The notes: generated by a model from the sequence alone, not told the origin. 64,000 nt of DNA from a bacterium (GCA_963663405.2 CAXXSM010000118.1:143496-207495); one strand, 5' to 3'; positions 1-9,677 are shown, counted from the stretch's first letter. Numbers and translations: made by a program.

Positions 1-1
1 T

Positions 2-691
2 ATCAGCGAACTTAAAACCCATATCCAACAACTTGACACTCACAATAAAAACCTAGAAACCAATAGACAAGAACAAGCCAAAATGCAGGCGGATCTTCTC
101 TCCTCGTCACAAACACATGGCAAAAATCTGGAAACGCTGCTTTCCCACTCGCAGGCCCACGCAAATAATCTTGAAGATCAGCTGCGGAATCAGAATGAAA
201 ATTGGAGAGTTCAACTCGCCGCTTCACAAGATCACGCAAATAACTTAGAACACTTGTTGAGCGATCTAAACGAAAGACTCGCTGGTCAGCAGGCGCACGC
301 GAAAAACTTGGAAACAATGCTCCAGGAAAAAGAACAGCAATACCAGAAAGTACATGAATCCCTAACAGAAACACAAAGTAAACTGGATACAGTCAATACT
401 GAGAATCAATTCTTAAGAGAGACACTAAAACAAATGACGCCCAAAATGAATCAATTGGCGGGAGAGATGGAACAGATTACAGCGGGCGCTAATAAGTTCG
501 ATCTTCGGTCCGCGGAAACGTTCTCTCCCGAAATCGCCGATCTATTGGAGGCATTAAATCAAGGGATTCATCGTTTGAATACAAAACGGAAACAGTGGGA
601 TCAAGCCTGCGCCTCGATGGAATCTTCGTTTGGCTATAAACTCTTCGCTCATCTCGGATGGATCCCGCGTTTGGAGGAACCGGCGGACTGA
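2..691 (+). CDS. 5'-truncated coiled-coil protein with HxxNLE repeats; probably the C-terminal part of a glycan chain-length/terminator or glycosyltransferase-associated protein
   Basis: The frame is open from position 2 (ISELKTHIQQLDTHNKNLET...) through ORF 83..691. It is heptad-rich with five HxxNLE motifs, and its TGA overlaps the ATG of the downstream glycosyltransferase (TGATG at 689-693). Confidence 0.6.
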   Translation: MSELKTHIQQLDTHNKNLETNRQEQAKMQADLLSSSQTHGKNLETLLSHSQAHANNLEDQLRNQNENWRVQLAASQDHANNLEHLLSDLNERLAGQQAHAKNLETMLQEKEQQYQKVHESLTETQSKLDTVNTENQFLRETLKQMTPKMNQLAGEMEQITAGANKFDLRSAETFSPEIADLLEALNQGIHRLNTKRKQWDQACASMESSFGYKLFAHLGWIPRLEEPAD

Positions 692-2490
692 TGAAAATCT
701 TACAAGTGATTCACGACTTTTTGCCCAATCATCAGGCTGGTTCTGAACTCTATTGCTATCATTTGAGCAAATCGCTTCAGTCTCTTGGTCATGACGCGCG
801 GCTTCTATTCACGGAAATCGATCATAACCGGCGGCAATACGAGACGCGCGAAGGAACCTATGACGGATTACCGTTTTATGAAATCGTCAACAATCATTCC
901 TATTCCAGTGTCGCTGAAACCTACAACAATCCAGCCATCGAAGAAATATTCACACAATCTATTCAAGAATTTCAACCCGATGTAGCGCATTTCCATCACC
1001 TTCTCGGACTCTCCTATGGCTGTGTTCGAATTTGCAAGGAAAACGGGATCCCCGTTTTTTTTACCCTGCATGATTATTGGTTGACGTGTCTCCGGGGGGG
1101 TGGACAGCGTTTCCGCGCTGATTGTGATGTCTGTCACGATGTGGATACAAGCCTCTGCGCCGAGTGTGTCTCCCAATTCTCGTTTTCCGGACGCTTAGGC
1201 AATCGTTTTGTAAAGAAAGTACTGAATTCGTTTGAACGAAACGTGGATTTTTCTCTCATCCCCGCTATGCGGCAAGGCCGGATTAAAACAGATCATCGCG
1301 ATTTCGTCTCCTTTGGACGCTGTGAGATCGATGGCGATTCCCGCGATGTAGTTTTCGCGCATCCGTTTTCACGTATTACATTCCACCGGAACGTCCCGGA
1401 AGACGCCTCCCTGACATTTGCTATCGCAATGGCGCCTTCCACCTACGATAAAAGCGGAGATGGCGTGTCGTTCCAAATCACCTGTAATGGAGAATCTATT
1501 TACGAATGTTTTTTGAACGCCAAAGAAAATCCAGAGGATCGCGGTTGGCGTCAGGTCACACTCCCGCTTAAAGCTTTCGCAGGCAAAAAACGAGAATTTG
1601 TCTTTGAAACGAATGCTCAACCTACTGGCCGGCCTGATTACTGCGCAGCCTGCTGGGCGGAACCAAAAATCCTGCCTACCAGCGGACAGCGTTATCAGCC
1701 CAGTTTACTCGACCGATTCCGGCGTGGGACCGAACTTATTCTGTCAAGATTACAGAAACGATCATTAAAGCGGGAAGCTGATCTTCGCAAGGAGGCTACA
1801 CGGCGCTTATTCGAACAGGTCGATCTCTTTATCGCGCCCTCGCCCTTTCTACGATCCAAGTTCATCGAATTCGGCGTCAATCCCAAGACAATCGCCTTTT
1901 CTGATTATGGGATCGCTCCAATCCAGATCCCCAGTGATCCACGCCCACCCCGGCGCCCTATACGATTTACTTTCGTCGGCACATTGGTGAAGCACAAAGG
2001 GCTTCATGTTCTCATTGAAGCGTTCAACGGCCTGCCACATGACGCGGCGATTTTAAATGTATACGGATCTTTAGATGAATTCGAAGGTTACGTCGCGCGT
2101 GTCAAAGCCGCGATCGCCCATCCAGGAATCGCGCTTCGAGGACGCGTTGAAAATCAGGATATCCCCACCATCCTCGCGGAGACTGACGCTCTGATCGTGC
2201 CTTCAATCTGGTTCGAAAATTCACCGATTACGATTCATGAAGCGTTTTTGGCCCGTGTCCCCGTCATTACCGCGCGATTCGGAGGGATGGCCGATTTAGT
2301 AAAAGATGAGGTGAATGGATTATTATTCGAAGTTGGGAATCCAGATGATTTATGGCGTGTTTTAACACGATGCGTCAATAAGCCTGAATTGCTCGAAACG
2401 CTTCGCCCCGATCCTAAATCCGTCAAATCGCTGGAGGCGGACGCCGAATGGATGCAAGATCAATACAGCCAATTCATTAAAAAAATATAA
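691..2490 (+). CDS. GT4-family glycosyltransferase with a Cys-rich loop and an inserted beta-sandwich domain
   Basis: Starts MKILQVIHDFLP..AGSELY; contains TLHDYWLTC, FVGTLVKHKG and PSIWFENSPITIHEA (GT-B ExxxxxxxE). Start placed at ATG 691, coupled to the upstream stop. Confidence 0.9.
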   Translation: MKILQVIHDFLPNHQAGSELYCYHLSKSLQSLGHDARLLFTEIDHNRRQYETREGTYDGLPFYEIVNNHSYSSVAETYNNPAIEEIFTQSIQEFQPDVAHFHHLLGLSYGCVRICKENGIPVFFTLHDYWLTCLRGGGQRFRADCDVCHDVDTSLCAECVSQFSFSGRLGNRFVKKVLNSFERNVDFSLIPAMRQGRIKTDHRDFVSFGRCEIDGDSRDVVFAHPFSRITFHRNVPEDASLTFAIAMAPSTYDKSGDGVSFQITCNGESIYECFLNAKENPEDRGWRQVTLPLKAFAGKKREFVFETNAQPTGRPDYCAACWAEPKILPTSGQRYQPSLLDRFRRGTELILSRLQKRSLKREADLRKEATRRLFEQVDLFIAPSPFLRSKFIEFGVNPKTIAFSDYGIAPIQIPSDPRPPRRPIRFTFVGTLVKHKGLHVLIEAFNGLPHDAAILNVYGSLDEFEGYVARVKAAIAHPGIALRGRVENQDIPTILAETDALIVPSIWFENSPITIHEAFLARVPVITARFGGMADLVKDEVNGLLFEVGNPDDLWRVLTRCVNKPELLETLRPDPKSVKSLEADAEWMQDQYSQFIKKI

Positions 2491-2622
2491 AACCGAATCG
2501 GATTGTACGATCTGGGAGTTTGATTCTATTACACAGGGGATACAATACTTAATAGAGATTTCCACGAGCAAACTTACGATAATTCAACTCTTTTCGAATA
2601 GAATACGCTGTTGATTTCATCC

Positions 2623-2646
2623 GGAAGGCCCCTGGCGGCCTTTCTT
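2623..2646 (+). terminator. Possible intrinsic terminator hairpin
   Basis: GGAAGGCC-cctggc-GGCCTTTC followed by TT, about 130 bp after the GT4 stop. The U-tract is weak. Confidence 0.3.
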
Positions 2647-2741
2647 GTTGTGATGAGTGGATCTGCGTGGGCTGTGATTATAAAGTACATCCTTATCAAT
2701 ATACTATATACTATGCGCCATTCTATGAAAGGAAATCACCG

Positions 2742-4145
2742 ATGAAAGTCCTTGTTCTGAATTGTGGGAGTTCGTCCGTTAAGTTTCAATTGATCGAGAC
2801 CGATACGGAAACGGCTCTGTTACGTGGATTGGTCGAGAAGATCGGTTCTTCGTCCGGCGTGCTGTCGTTCCGGGCGGAAGGGGATCGTGATTTTCGTGAA
2901 GTTCGTGAGGTTGTCGATCATGAGGAGGCCGTCAGTCTTGTTCTCTCCATCCTCTCCCACCCGGATCAAGGAGTGGTCTCCTCCCTGGAAGAGATCAGCG
3001 CCGTCGGTCACCGTGTCGTCCATGGGGGGCAGTCTTTTTCAGAATCCGTCATCATTACCGATGAAGTGATTAAAGAGATCGAATACTGCTGCCAATTCGC
3101 GCCGCTTCACAATCCGCACAACCTTAGAGGAATCGAAGCGGTTAAAAAACCGTTGCCTTCGATTTTCCAAGTCGCGGTATTTGATACAGCGTTCCATCAA
3201 CATATGCCTGCAAAAGCCTTCTTATACGGCCTGCCCTATGGTTTATACGAAAAACGAGGCATCCGGAAATACGGTTTCCATGGAACCTCGCACCGGTTCG
3301 TCGCGCAACGAGCGGCGGAAATCCTCGGCAAACCACTTAACGAGATTCGGATCGTCACATGCCATCTGGGCAATGGTTCCAGCATCGCGGCGGTGAAGGA
3401 TGGATCATCGGTCGACACGTCAATGGGATTCACGCCACTGGAAGGCTTGATCATGGGAACGCGATGCGGTGATATCGATCCCGCCATTGTGCCGTATCTG
3501 ATGGAAGTGGAAAAACTGTCCAGCAAGAAAATCGATTCCCTGATGAATAAATCCAGCGGTCTAATAGGCTTGACGGAAACCTCGAACGACATGCGTGAGA
3601 TCGAACAGGAAGCGTCCGCCGGCAGTGAACGCCATCAACTGGCCCTCGAAATGGTCGCTTATCGCATCCGCAAGTATCTTGGCGCCTACGCCTTTGTTCT
3701 CGGCGGTCTCGACGCGGTGGTCTTTACGGGTGGCATTGGAGAGAACTCCCGCGCCGTGAGAAAACTGGTTCTCAAAGGGCTGGATTTCGCGGGATTAAAA
3801 TTGGATGAGGAAAAGAATGAGCAAAACGCTGAGAACATCAGCTCCGGCCCCGTCAAAGCCCTAATCATTCCAACAAATGAAGAACTTGCGATCGCGCGGG
3901 ACACAGCGGCGTTATACGAATCCATGAGCAAGCAATCCGAATCCGCCGCCAGCGAAACCCCGGCTTTAACAGCGGATGAAAAACGCGAATTGGTGCTCCT
4001 CTGGGCCAACAATCCTAACATGAATCAATTTGAGCTCGTGACATTGTTCAATCAAAAATCCGGGAAGAGCTATTCCGTAGATACATTAAGCGCGGAATTG
4101 AAATCGTTAGGTTTGGACTCCTCTTCTGCGAAAATCAGAGCGTAA
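2742..4145 (+). CDS. ackA: Acetate kinase with a ~70-aa C-terminal extension (possible HTH)
   Basis: MKVLVLNCGSSSVKFQL, GHRVVHGG, APLHNP, YGFHGTSH, CHLGNGSS, TSMGFTPLEG, FTGGIGEN, IPTNEELAIA. ATG 2742 has an AAGGA RBS. Confidence 0.95.
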   Translation: MKVLVLNCGSSSVKFQLIETDTETALLRGLVEKIGSSSGVLSFRAEGDRDFREVREVVDHEEAVSLVLSILSHPDQGVVSSLEEISAVGHRVVHGGQSFSESVIITDEVIKEIEYCCQFAPLHNPHNLRGIEAVKKPLPSIFQVAVFDTAFHQHMPAKAFLYGLPYGLYEKRGIRKYGFHGTSHRFVAQRAAEILGKPLNEIRIVTCHLGNGSSIAAVKDGSSVDTSMGFTPLEGLIMGTRCGDIDPAIVPYLMEVEKLSSKKIDSLMNKSSGLIGLTETSNDMREIEQEASAGSERHQLALEMVAYRIRKYLGAYAFVLGGLDAVVFTGGIGENSRAVRKLVLKGLDFAGLKLDEEKNEQNAENISSGPVKALIIPTNEELAIARDTAALYESMSKQSESAASETPALTADEKRELVLLWANNPNMNQFELVTLFNQKSGKSYSVDTLSAELKSLGLDSSSAKIRA

Positions 4146-4169
4146 GCGTAACACAAAGGAGCGAACAAA

Positions 4170-4673
4170 GTGAAAACTCTCAATACAGAACGCAGTGGTT
4201 GGTTGTTGGCTCGGGTATGGCTGAATTCGCTGGAAGAGACCGCCCGGGATTTTCATGGCACATATCCTAAACCTTTTCTCTCACGAGCGTATGAACACGC
4301 GACGGGAGCCTGGCTCAGTATCCTGCAGGATGAATATGGATTGGAAATCAAAAAATGCCATGGAATTAAGGAAGCGATTGAGCGGTATATCGAAATCGGT
4401 GTAAAGGGTGGATTATTCCAAGACGCCAGTTACTTCCAGATCAAAGAAATCAATCCGAACAAAGTGGAAGTGAATATTCTTGTCTGCCCTTACGCGAAAA
4501 ATTGGCGGGATTCGGTTGGGCAGGGATTTTCCAAACGGGATATTTCGAACGCGCGCATCGGTTGTTTCGCCGCAGCCGTGAAGATTTTAGCGGATATCCC
4601 CTGCACCTATGAAGTCACCAGTGTCGATAACGAGGCGGAAGGCGCCTATCGCGGCTATATCGAACGCATGTAG
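4170..4673 (+). CDS. Hypothetical protein, V4R/MetOD1-like small ligand-binding fold (tentative)
   Basis: AAGGAG RBS before the GTG start. Helical N-half followed by EVNILVCPY...ARIGCF...CTYEV, a pattern resembling V4R-type domains. Confidence 0.5.
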   Translation: MKTLNTERSGWLLARVWLNSLEETARDFHGTYPKPFLSRAYEHATGAWLSILQDEYGLEIKKCHGIKEAIERYIEIGVKGGLFQDASYFQIKEINPNKVEVNILVCPYAKNWRDSVGQGFSKRDISNARIGCFAAAVKILADIPCTYEVTSVDNEAEGAYRGYIERM

Positions 4674-4696
4674 CGAAACGGAGAGATTCGGTAACC

Positions 4697-6556
4697 ATGA
4701 CTACTCTCGATCAATCTATCAGTCTATTAAAATCCTCTTCCTATTGGAAAGAACGGCGGGAAGCCGCTTTAGTATTAGGAAGAAGCAAAGAGTCGCGAGC
4801 CAATGAGGCGCTCGTTGAAGCGTTGAACGATCCAGACGATGATGTTCTTCAGGCCGTGATCCTCTCGCTGGGCGCTACGGGAGACAATAATGTAGTGGAG
4901 AAAATGCTCCTGCCCCGATATTTGAATCATCCCGATTCACGCATCCGCTGGGCGACCTTAAAAACGATTGGCAAAATCGGCCGCTCCTTCGTTGTCACCA
5001 ACGTCGCCGAGCTCATGAATGATGAAGAATGGGTTGTCCGGAACGAAGTGGAGAAACTCCTTCACAAGCAAGTGAAATCCGTCTTGGCCGAATGTTCGGA
5101 CGAATCCGCCCAGCGAATGATGGGACTATTGATTACAGATAATGAGGATCTGCGTGATATTCTGATTGAAGCTTTCCTTCAAATCGGTCCCCGAATCATG
5201 CCGTTGCTTCGTGATTCGGTCCGGGTCGGTGGGCAAAAGATCCAAACGGCGATGGCGTATGTGCTGGGGAAACTGAAAGACGCGGATTCTGTGCCCATTC
5301 TAATCGAATTGCTTGATTCGTCGGATAAAACGATTCGCAAAAGCGCGGTGGACGCATTGGGTCAAATCGCGGACGAATCCTCCATCCCAGCCATGATCGA
5401 GAAATTTGCGGATTCTTCCAAAGAAGTCCAGCAAAGCGCCGTCGAAGCGCTCGCATTAATTGGTAAACCAGCGGTTGAGCCACTTCACGAAAAGCTTCGC
5501 TATTCATCCCGCAAAATTATCCAGAAAAACGTGTTGCTGACCTTGGGCATGATCAAGGATCCTTCCTCAATTCCCTATTTCATCGAATATATGGCCAGCA
5601 CATATTTCATCGTCCGTCGCGTCGCGGTGAATGGTCTCGTTCACTATGGAGAGAAAGGCGCGCAAGCGGTTCTCGATGTCATCCGCAATGTCAAATTGCC
5701 GATGGTAGATGATCTTCTCAAGAAATCAGAACACGGCGCGACAATTGGAATCCGGGTACGCGCGATCCGGGCGCTCGGAGCCCTCGCAGATCACCGAGCC
5801 GTCCATTTGTTGAAACGATTGGCCGCAAGCGAAGAACCATTGATTCAAAAAGCGTCTCTTGAATCCTTAGCGCAAATCGGTTGTTCCTGCTGGCAACGGT
5901 CCGGCGCTTTGGCTGTCTTGCGAGAACTCCGGCTGGCGCCGGATGTGGATCTAATCGTTGAACAATTGGATGATGATTCCGAAAACGTTCGATTCCGGAC
6001 GGTTCAAGTCCTGGCGCGTTGCGAAAATCCACGAGCGGTTCCTGCGTTGCTTCAGACCGTTGCGATCGATGGGAATCCAATTATGCGCTATGAAGCGCTT
6101 CGAGCGGCGGATATCTTGGAACCAGGCAATCCCCGAATCGTCGAAACGGCCAACCGCGCGTTGGAAGATCCTGCGCCCCAAGTCCAAGCGGAAGCGGCCC
6201 GTGTTATTGGCCGTTCTCCCAGCGCCGATCATCTTCCCCTCTTGCTCGAGTGCCTGAAAAACCCGAGTTGGGAAGTCCGCCGGAACACAGCGTTGGCTTT
6301 GGGTAATATCGGTGTGGCGGCGCTTCCATATTTATTGGAACGGTTAGAAAAGGGTAATGAGACAGAGGTGGAATCAGTGATCCGCGCCATAGGAAATATC
6401 GGGGATCCGGAAGCGATGTCTAAAGTAGATGCAATACTCGATAATTATCCCAAGAATTCACCGGTCCAATACGCCGCGGTTAAAGCTTTCGCAGAAATTC
6501 GAAAAAGAGAAGAAGAAAAAGAGAAACACGAAGGATTTTCGACCCTTCCATCCTGA
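4697..6556 (+). CDS. HEAT (PBS-lyase-type) repeat protein
   Basis: Many repeats such as LxDxDxxVRxxAxxALGxIG (LKNPSWEVRRNTALALGNIG, LDSSDKTIRKSAVDALGQIA). Confidence 0.9.
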   Translation: MTTLDQSISLLKSSSYWKERREAALVLGRSKESRANEALVEALNDPDDDVLQAVILSLGATGDNNVVEKMLLPRYLNHPDSRIRWATLKTIGKIGRSFVVTNVAELMNDEEWVVRNEVEKLLHKQVKSVLAECSDESAQRMMGLLITDNEDLRDILIEAFLQIGPRIMPLLRDSVRVGGQKIQTAMAYVLGKLKDADSVPILIELLDSSDKTIRKSAVDALGQIADESSIPAMIEKFADSSKEVQQSAVEALALIGKPAVEPLHEKLRYSSRKIIQKNVLLTLGMIKDPSSIPYFIEYMASTYFIVRRVAVNGLVHYGEKGAQAVLDVIRNVKLPMVDDLLKKSEHGATIGIRVRAIRALGALADHRAVHLLKRLAASEEPLIQKASLESLAQIGCSCWQRSGALAVLRELRLAPDVDLIVEQLDDDSENVRFRTVQVLARCENPRAVPALLQTVAIDGNPIMRYEALRAADILEPGNPRIVETANRALEDPAPQVQAEAARVIGRSPSADHLPLLLECLKNPSWEVRRNTALALGNIGVAALPYLLERLEKGNETEVESVIRAIGNIGDPEAMSKVDAILDNYPKNSPVQYAAVKAFAEIRKREEEKEKHEGFSTLPS

Positions 6557-6589
6557 CCCCGCCTGGATGAAGAGAATTCAATAATTCAA

Positions 6590-7477
6590 TCAAAGAAGCG
6601 CCGTACTGAAATAACGCTCTGCCCGGTCGGGCAGGACTGTCGCGACATTCCCTGCCCCTTTCGAGGCGAGTTGACGCGCGGCCCAAATATTCGCGCCGGA
6701 TGATATCCCCACTAGTAAGCCATGATCTCTCCCCAGTTGCCGGGTCGTTTCCACCGCTTGTTCATCCGTCACCTCTATCACTTCATCGATCAACGAAACA
6801 TCAAGAACGGCCGGGATAAATCCATCCCCGATTCCCTGAATCTGGTGAAGGCCGGGTTCATGACCAAGCAGGGCGGACACGTTCTTCGGTTCAACGGCGG
6901 CAAGTTTTACATCGGGTTTACGTTCTTTCAGAAATTTCCCGATTCCCTGCAAGGTTCCTCCGCTTCCTACGCCAGCTACGAAGCAGTCGATTTCTCCATT
7001 CATCTGCCGCCATAATTCATGAGCCGTCTCTTCATAATGAACGCGGGGATTGTCGGGATTCTCGAATTGCTGTGGAACAAAGACATTAGGATCTTCTTTC
7101 TGCATTTGACGAACCCGTTCAACCGCGCCGCCGATACTTTCTTTCGCCGGTGTGAGAACCAGTTCGGCGCCAAGGACTCGTATCAGTTTTTTTCGTTCTT
7201 CACTCATGTTCTCCGGCATGACGATCCGCACTTTATACCCTTTGAGGCGTCCCACCAGCGCGACGCCGATCCCCGTATTGCCGGAAGTCGGCTCAACGAT
7301 GATTGAGCCGGGATGAAGCCGTTTATCCCGTTCCGCGCCTTCGATCATCGAGAGCGCCACCCGGTCTTTTACGCTTCCTCCAGGATTCAAAAATTCCGCT
7401 TTCGCGTAAATGGGTTGATCTTTCAAGCGGATTAAAGGGGTGTTTCCAATTAGATTTAAAATATTATCCGTCAGCAT
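6590..7477 (-). CDS. cysK: Cysteine synthase A
   Basis: IGNTPL, KAEFLNPGGSVKDR (PLP Lys), EPTSGNTG, GVGSGGT, HQIQGIG, GISSGAN, PDRAERYFST. Confidence 0.95.
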   Translation of the reverse strand: MLTDNILNLIGNTPLIRLKDQPIYAKAEFLNPGGSVKDRVALSMIEGAERDKRLHPGSIIVEPTSGNTGIGVALVGRLKGYKVRIVMPENMSEERKKLIRVLGAELVLTPAKESIGGAVERVRQMQKEDPNVFVPQQFENPDNPRVHYEETAHELWRQMNGEIDCFVAGVGSGGTLQGIGKFLKERKPDVKLAAVEPKNVSALLGHEPGLHQIQGIGDGFIPAVLDVSLIDEVIEVTDEQAVETTRQLGRDHGLLVGISSGANIWAARQLASKGAGNVATVLPDRAERYFSTALL

Positions 7478-7513
7478 TCATTCATCTCAATAACATAAGA
7501 ATTAAGGAGCAGG

Positions 7514-7537
7514 TGTCAATAGTATATTAATTTGACA
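7514..7537. promoter_or_regulatory. Inverted repeat (possible operator) just upstream of cysK
   Basis: TGTCAA-N12-TTGACA, overlapping a minus-strand TTGCTA-N16-TACTAT promoter-like element. Confidence 0.3.
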
Positions 7538-7539
7538 GC

Positions 7540-7815
7540 CTAGCAAACAATTGTAAGCCAAAAGAAAAGGAAGCCAGCCGCAGAGCTAAGAAGCGCGCCG
7601 GCAATCGCGTATTTCTTAGGAGTATCCGTAATGAGCCCCATTAGACTCAAGAAAAATCCCATAGGAGTTCCGATTACAAATGCGATACCGCCAAGGTACC
7701 GAATCGGCGATCCTCACCCAGGGCGCAGAATAAACATTGCCAGCATAGCGAACCAAGGCATGCATGAGTACAACAAGCCTTTCCCCCCATACCGGACATT
7801 TTCATCTTCATACAT
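7540..7815 (-). pseudogene. Small 3-TM membrane protein interrupted by an in-frame TGA (not in the ORF track)
   Basis: GGAG RBS, then MYEDENVRYGGKGLLYSCMPWFAMLAMFILRPG*GSPIRYLGGIAFVIGTPMGFFLSLMGLITDTPKKYAIAGALLSSAAGFLFFWLTIVC*. The internal TGA is at 7716-7714. Confidence 0.65.
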
Positions 7816-8006
7816 TTTTGCTTTCTCCAACGTCAACAAGCCAAACATACAAAGGAATGATTATTGTATCCCACTTTAAACCTATATCAATCCCAGATTA
7901 CGCGTAGCCGCCTAATGACAATATACATCCTGGGCGATATCTATATTTCAATCGCTGTTCAAAGTAGTATACTTGTATAAACGTTCATCCAAGGAGGTCC
8001 TCATTC

Positions 8007-9671
8007 GTGTATAGGCGTTGTATCAAAGTAGGAATCTATATACTTACCTTTATCCTTCTTAAATCATCAATCGGTCAAGCGCAGTTCTGTTTTGTTGAAA
8101 ACGCGAAGGATCGGGGAATCGACTTCGTTCAAGTGAATGGATCGAAGGAGAAAGAATATATTGTTGAGGCGAAAGGGGCGGGTGTCGCCGCCGTTGATGT
8201 AAATGGCGATGGTTGGGAGGATGTGTACTTAGTAAATGGAACCTCCATACACGGAGACGCGCCCTCGCCAGCTCCTGTCAATCGATTGTATTTAAATCAA
8301 GGCGACGGCACATTTAAAGATGGTACCCAAGAAAGCGGTTTAGGAGATCCAGGCTTTGGCACGGGCGCGTATTTCGCTGATATTGACAACGATGGCGACC
8401 TCGATTGCTATCTGACCAATTTTGGCCCGAATTCGCTCTACCTGAATGATGGAAAAGGCCATTTTACCCTCGTTCCCGGCGCCGGTGGGGCTCAGAATGA
8501 TGGATGGAGCACGGGTGTAGCCTTCGCGGATATCAATGGCGATGATTTTCTTGATCTATATGTTGGTCAATACGCTGAATTCAGTACGGAAATTGCAAAC
8601 AAAAAAGGAAAACTTGGCCCTTATTATGGATTTAAAGCGTTTATCGGCCCCTCATCATTCCAACCGGCGCAAGATAATCTCTTTCTCAACAACGGAGATG
8701 GAACCTTCATAGACGAAACAAAAAAGCGGGGAATCAATTCATTCGACCGTGGGCGCGCCTTCTCTGTTTTCTTCACAGATCTTGACTTGGACGGTGATCT
8801 CGATCTTTACGTCGCGAACGACTCAACCTACAACCAACTCTACGAAAATAACGGAAAGGGATTTTATGAAGATATTTCCCTTCTAGCGGGAATCGGTCTC
8901 AGCCAAGACGGTCGAGAGCAGGGCAGCATGGGATTGGCCATCGGTGACTCAGACGGCGATCTCGATCTAGATATTTTCGTAAACAACTACGACAGTGAAT
9001 ACAATATACTCTACCGGAACGACGGAGATCTCCAATTCACCGATTCCACCTATCCCAGCCATATCGGTCAAGGAACAATGAAAAAAGTTAGTTTTGGCTT
9101 ATTGTTGGAAGATTTCGATAACGATGGCTGGCCTGATCTCCACGTCTGCAATGGCCATGTCTATCCTGTCGCTGATAAAGTTCCGACTTTAGATGGTTAC
9201 GAACAAGCGGATTTATTCTTCCATAATTTGGGAAAGGGAAATTATAAAAATGTATCGGACCTTGTGGGGCCGGCGTCGAAACTGAAGGGTGTGTCGAGAG
9301 GAAGCGCCACTGCTGATTTCGACCACGATGGCGATCTGGATATCGTAATCAACAACCTCGACCGCGCTCCGTTTTTTTTGGAGAATAAGAGTTCTGTTGG
9401 AAATTGGATACAAATCGCCGCGCAAAACGAACGTGGAATGCCCGCCTATGGCGCGCGTTTAATCGTTGAAAGCAATCTGCGATCCCAAATCGCGGAACTT
9501 CACTCCGGCGCCAGTTTCCTATCCCAAAGCAGCCCCGTCATGCATTTTGGACTGGGCAAAGACATGACTGTCAAAAAAATCACCGTCCGTTGGCCGGATG
9601 GAACTACGAGTGAATTATCCACCGTCAAAGCCAATCAACGAATGATTATACGGAAAAAGAGCGAGAGGTAA
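8007..9671 (+). CDS. Secreted CRTAC1-family protein (FG-GAP/VCBS repeats plus ASPIC/UnbV domain)
   Basis: Signal peptide, seven DxDxDGxxD repeats, and C-terminal GASFLSQSS..MHFGLG...VRWPDG. Confidence 0.92.
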   Translation: MYRRCIKVGIYILTFILLKSSIGQAQFCFVENAKDRGIDFVQVNGSKEKEYIVEAKGAGVAAVDVNGDGWEDVYLVNGTSIHGDAPSPAPVNRLYLNQGDGTFKDGTQESGLGDPGFGTGAYFADIDNDGDLDCYLTNFGPNSLYLNDGKGHFTLVPGAGGAQNDGWSTGVAFADINGDDFLDLYVGQYAEFSTEIANKKGKLGPYYGFKAFIGPSSFQPAQDNLFLNNGDGTFIDETKKRGINSFDRGRAFSVFFTDLDLDGDLDLYVANDSTYNQLYENNGKGFYEDISLLAGIGLSQDGREQGSMGLAIGDSDGDLDLDIFVNNYDSEYNILYRNDGDLQFTDSTYPSHIGQGTMKKVSFGLLLEDFDNDGWPDLHVCNGHVYPVADKVPTLDGYEQADLFFHNLGKGNYKNVSDLVGPASKLKGVSRGSATADFDHDGDLDIVINNLDRAPFFLENKSSVGNWIQIAAQNERGMPAYGARLIVESNLRSQIAELHSGASFLSQSSPVMHFGLGKDMTVKKITVRWPDGTTSELSTVKANQRMIIRKKSER

Positions 9672-9677
9672 AATCAA

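Noticed and set aside
7631-7879. 82-aa plus-strand ORF
   Set aside because: Antisense shadow of the minus-strand membrane gene at 7540..7815, with no RBS or recognisable features.
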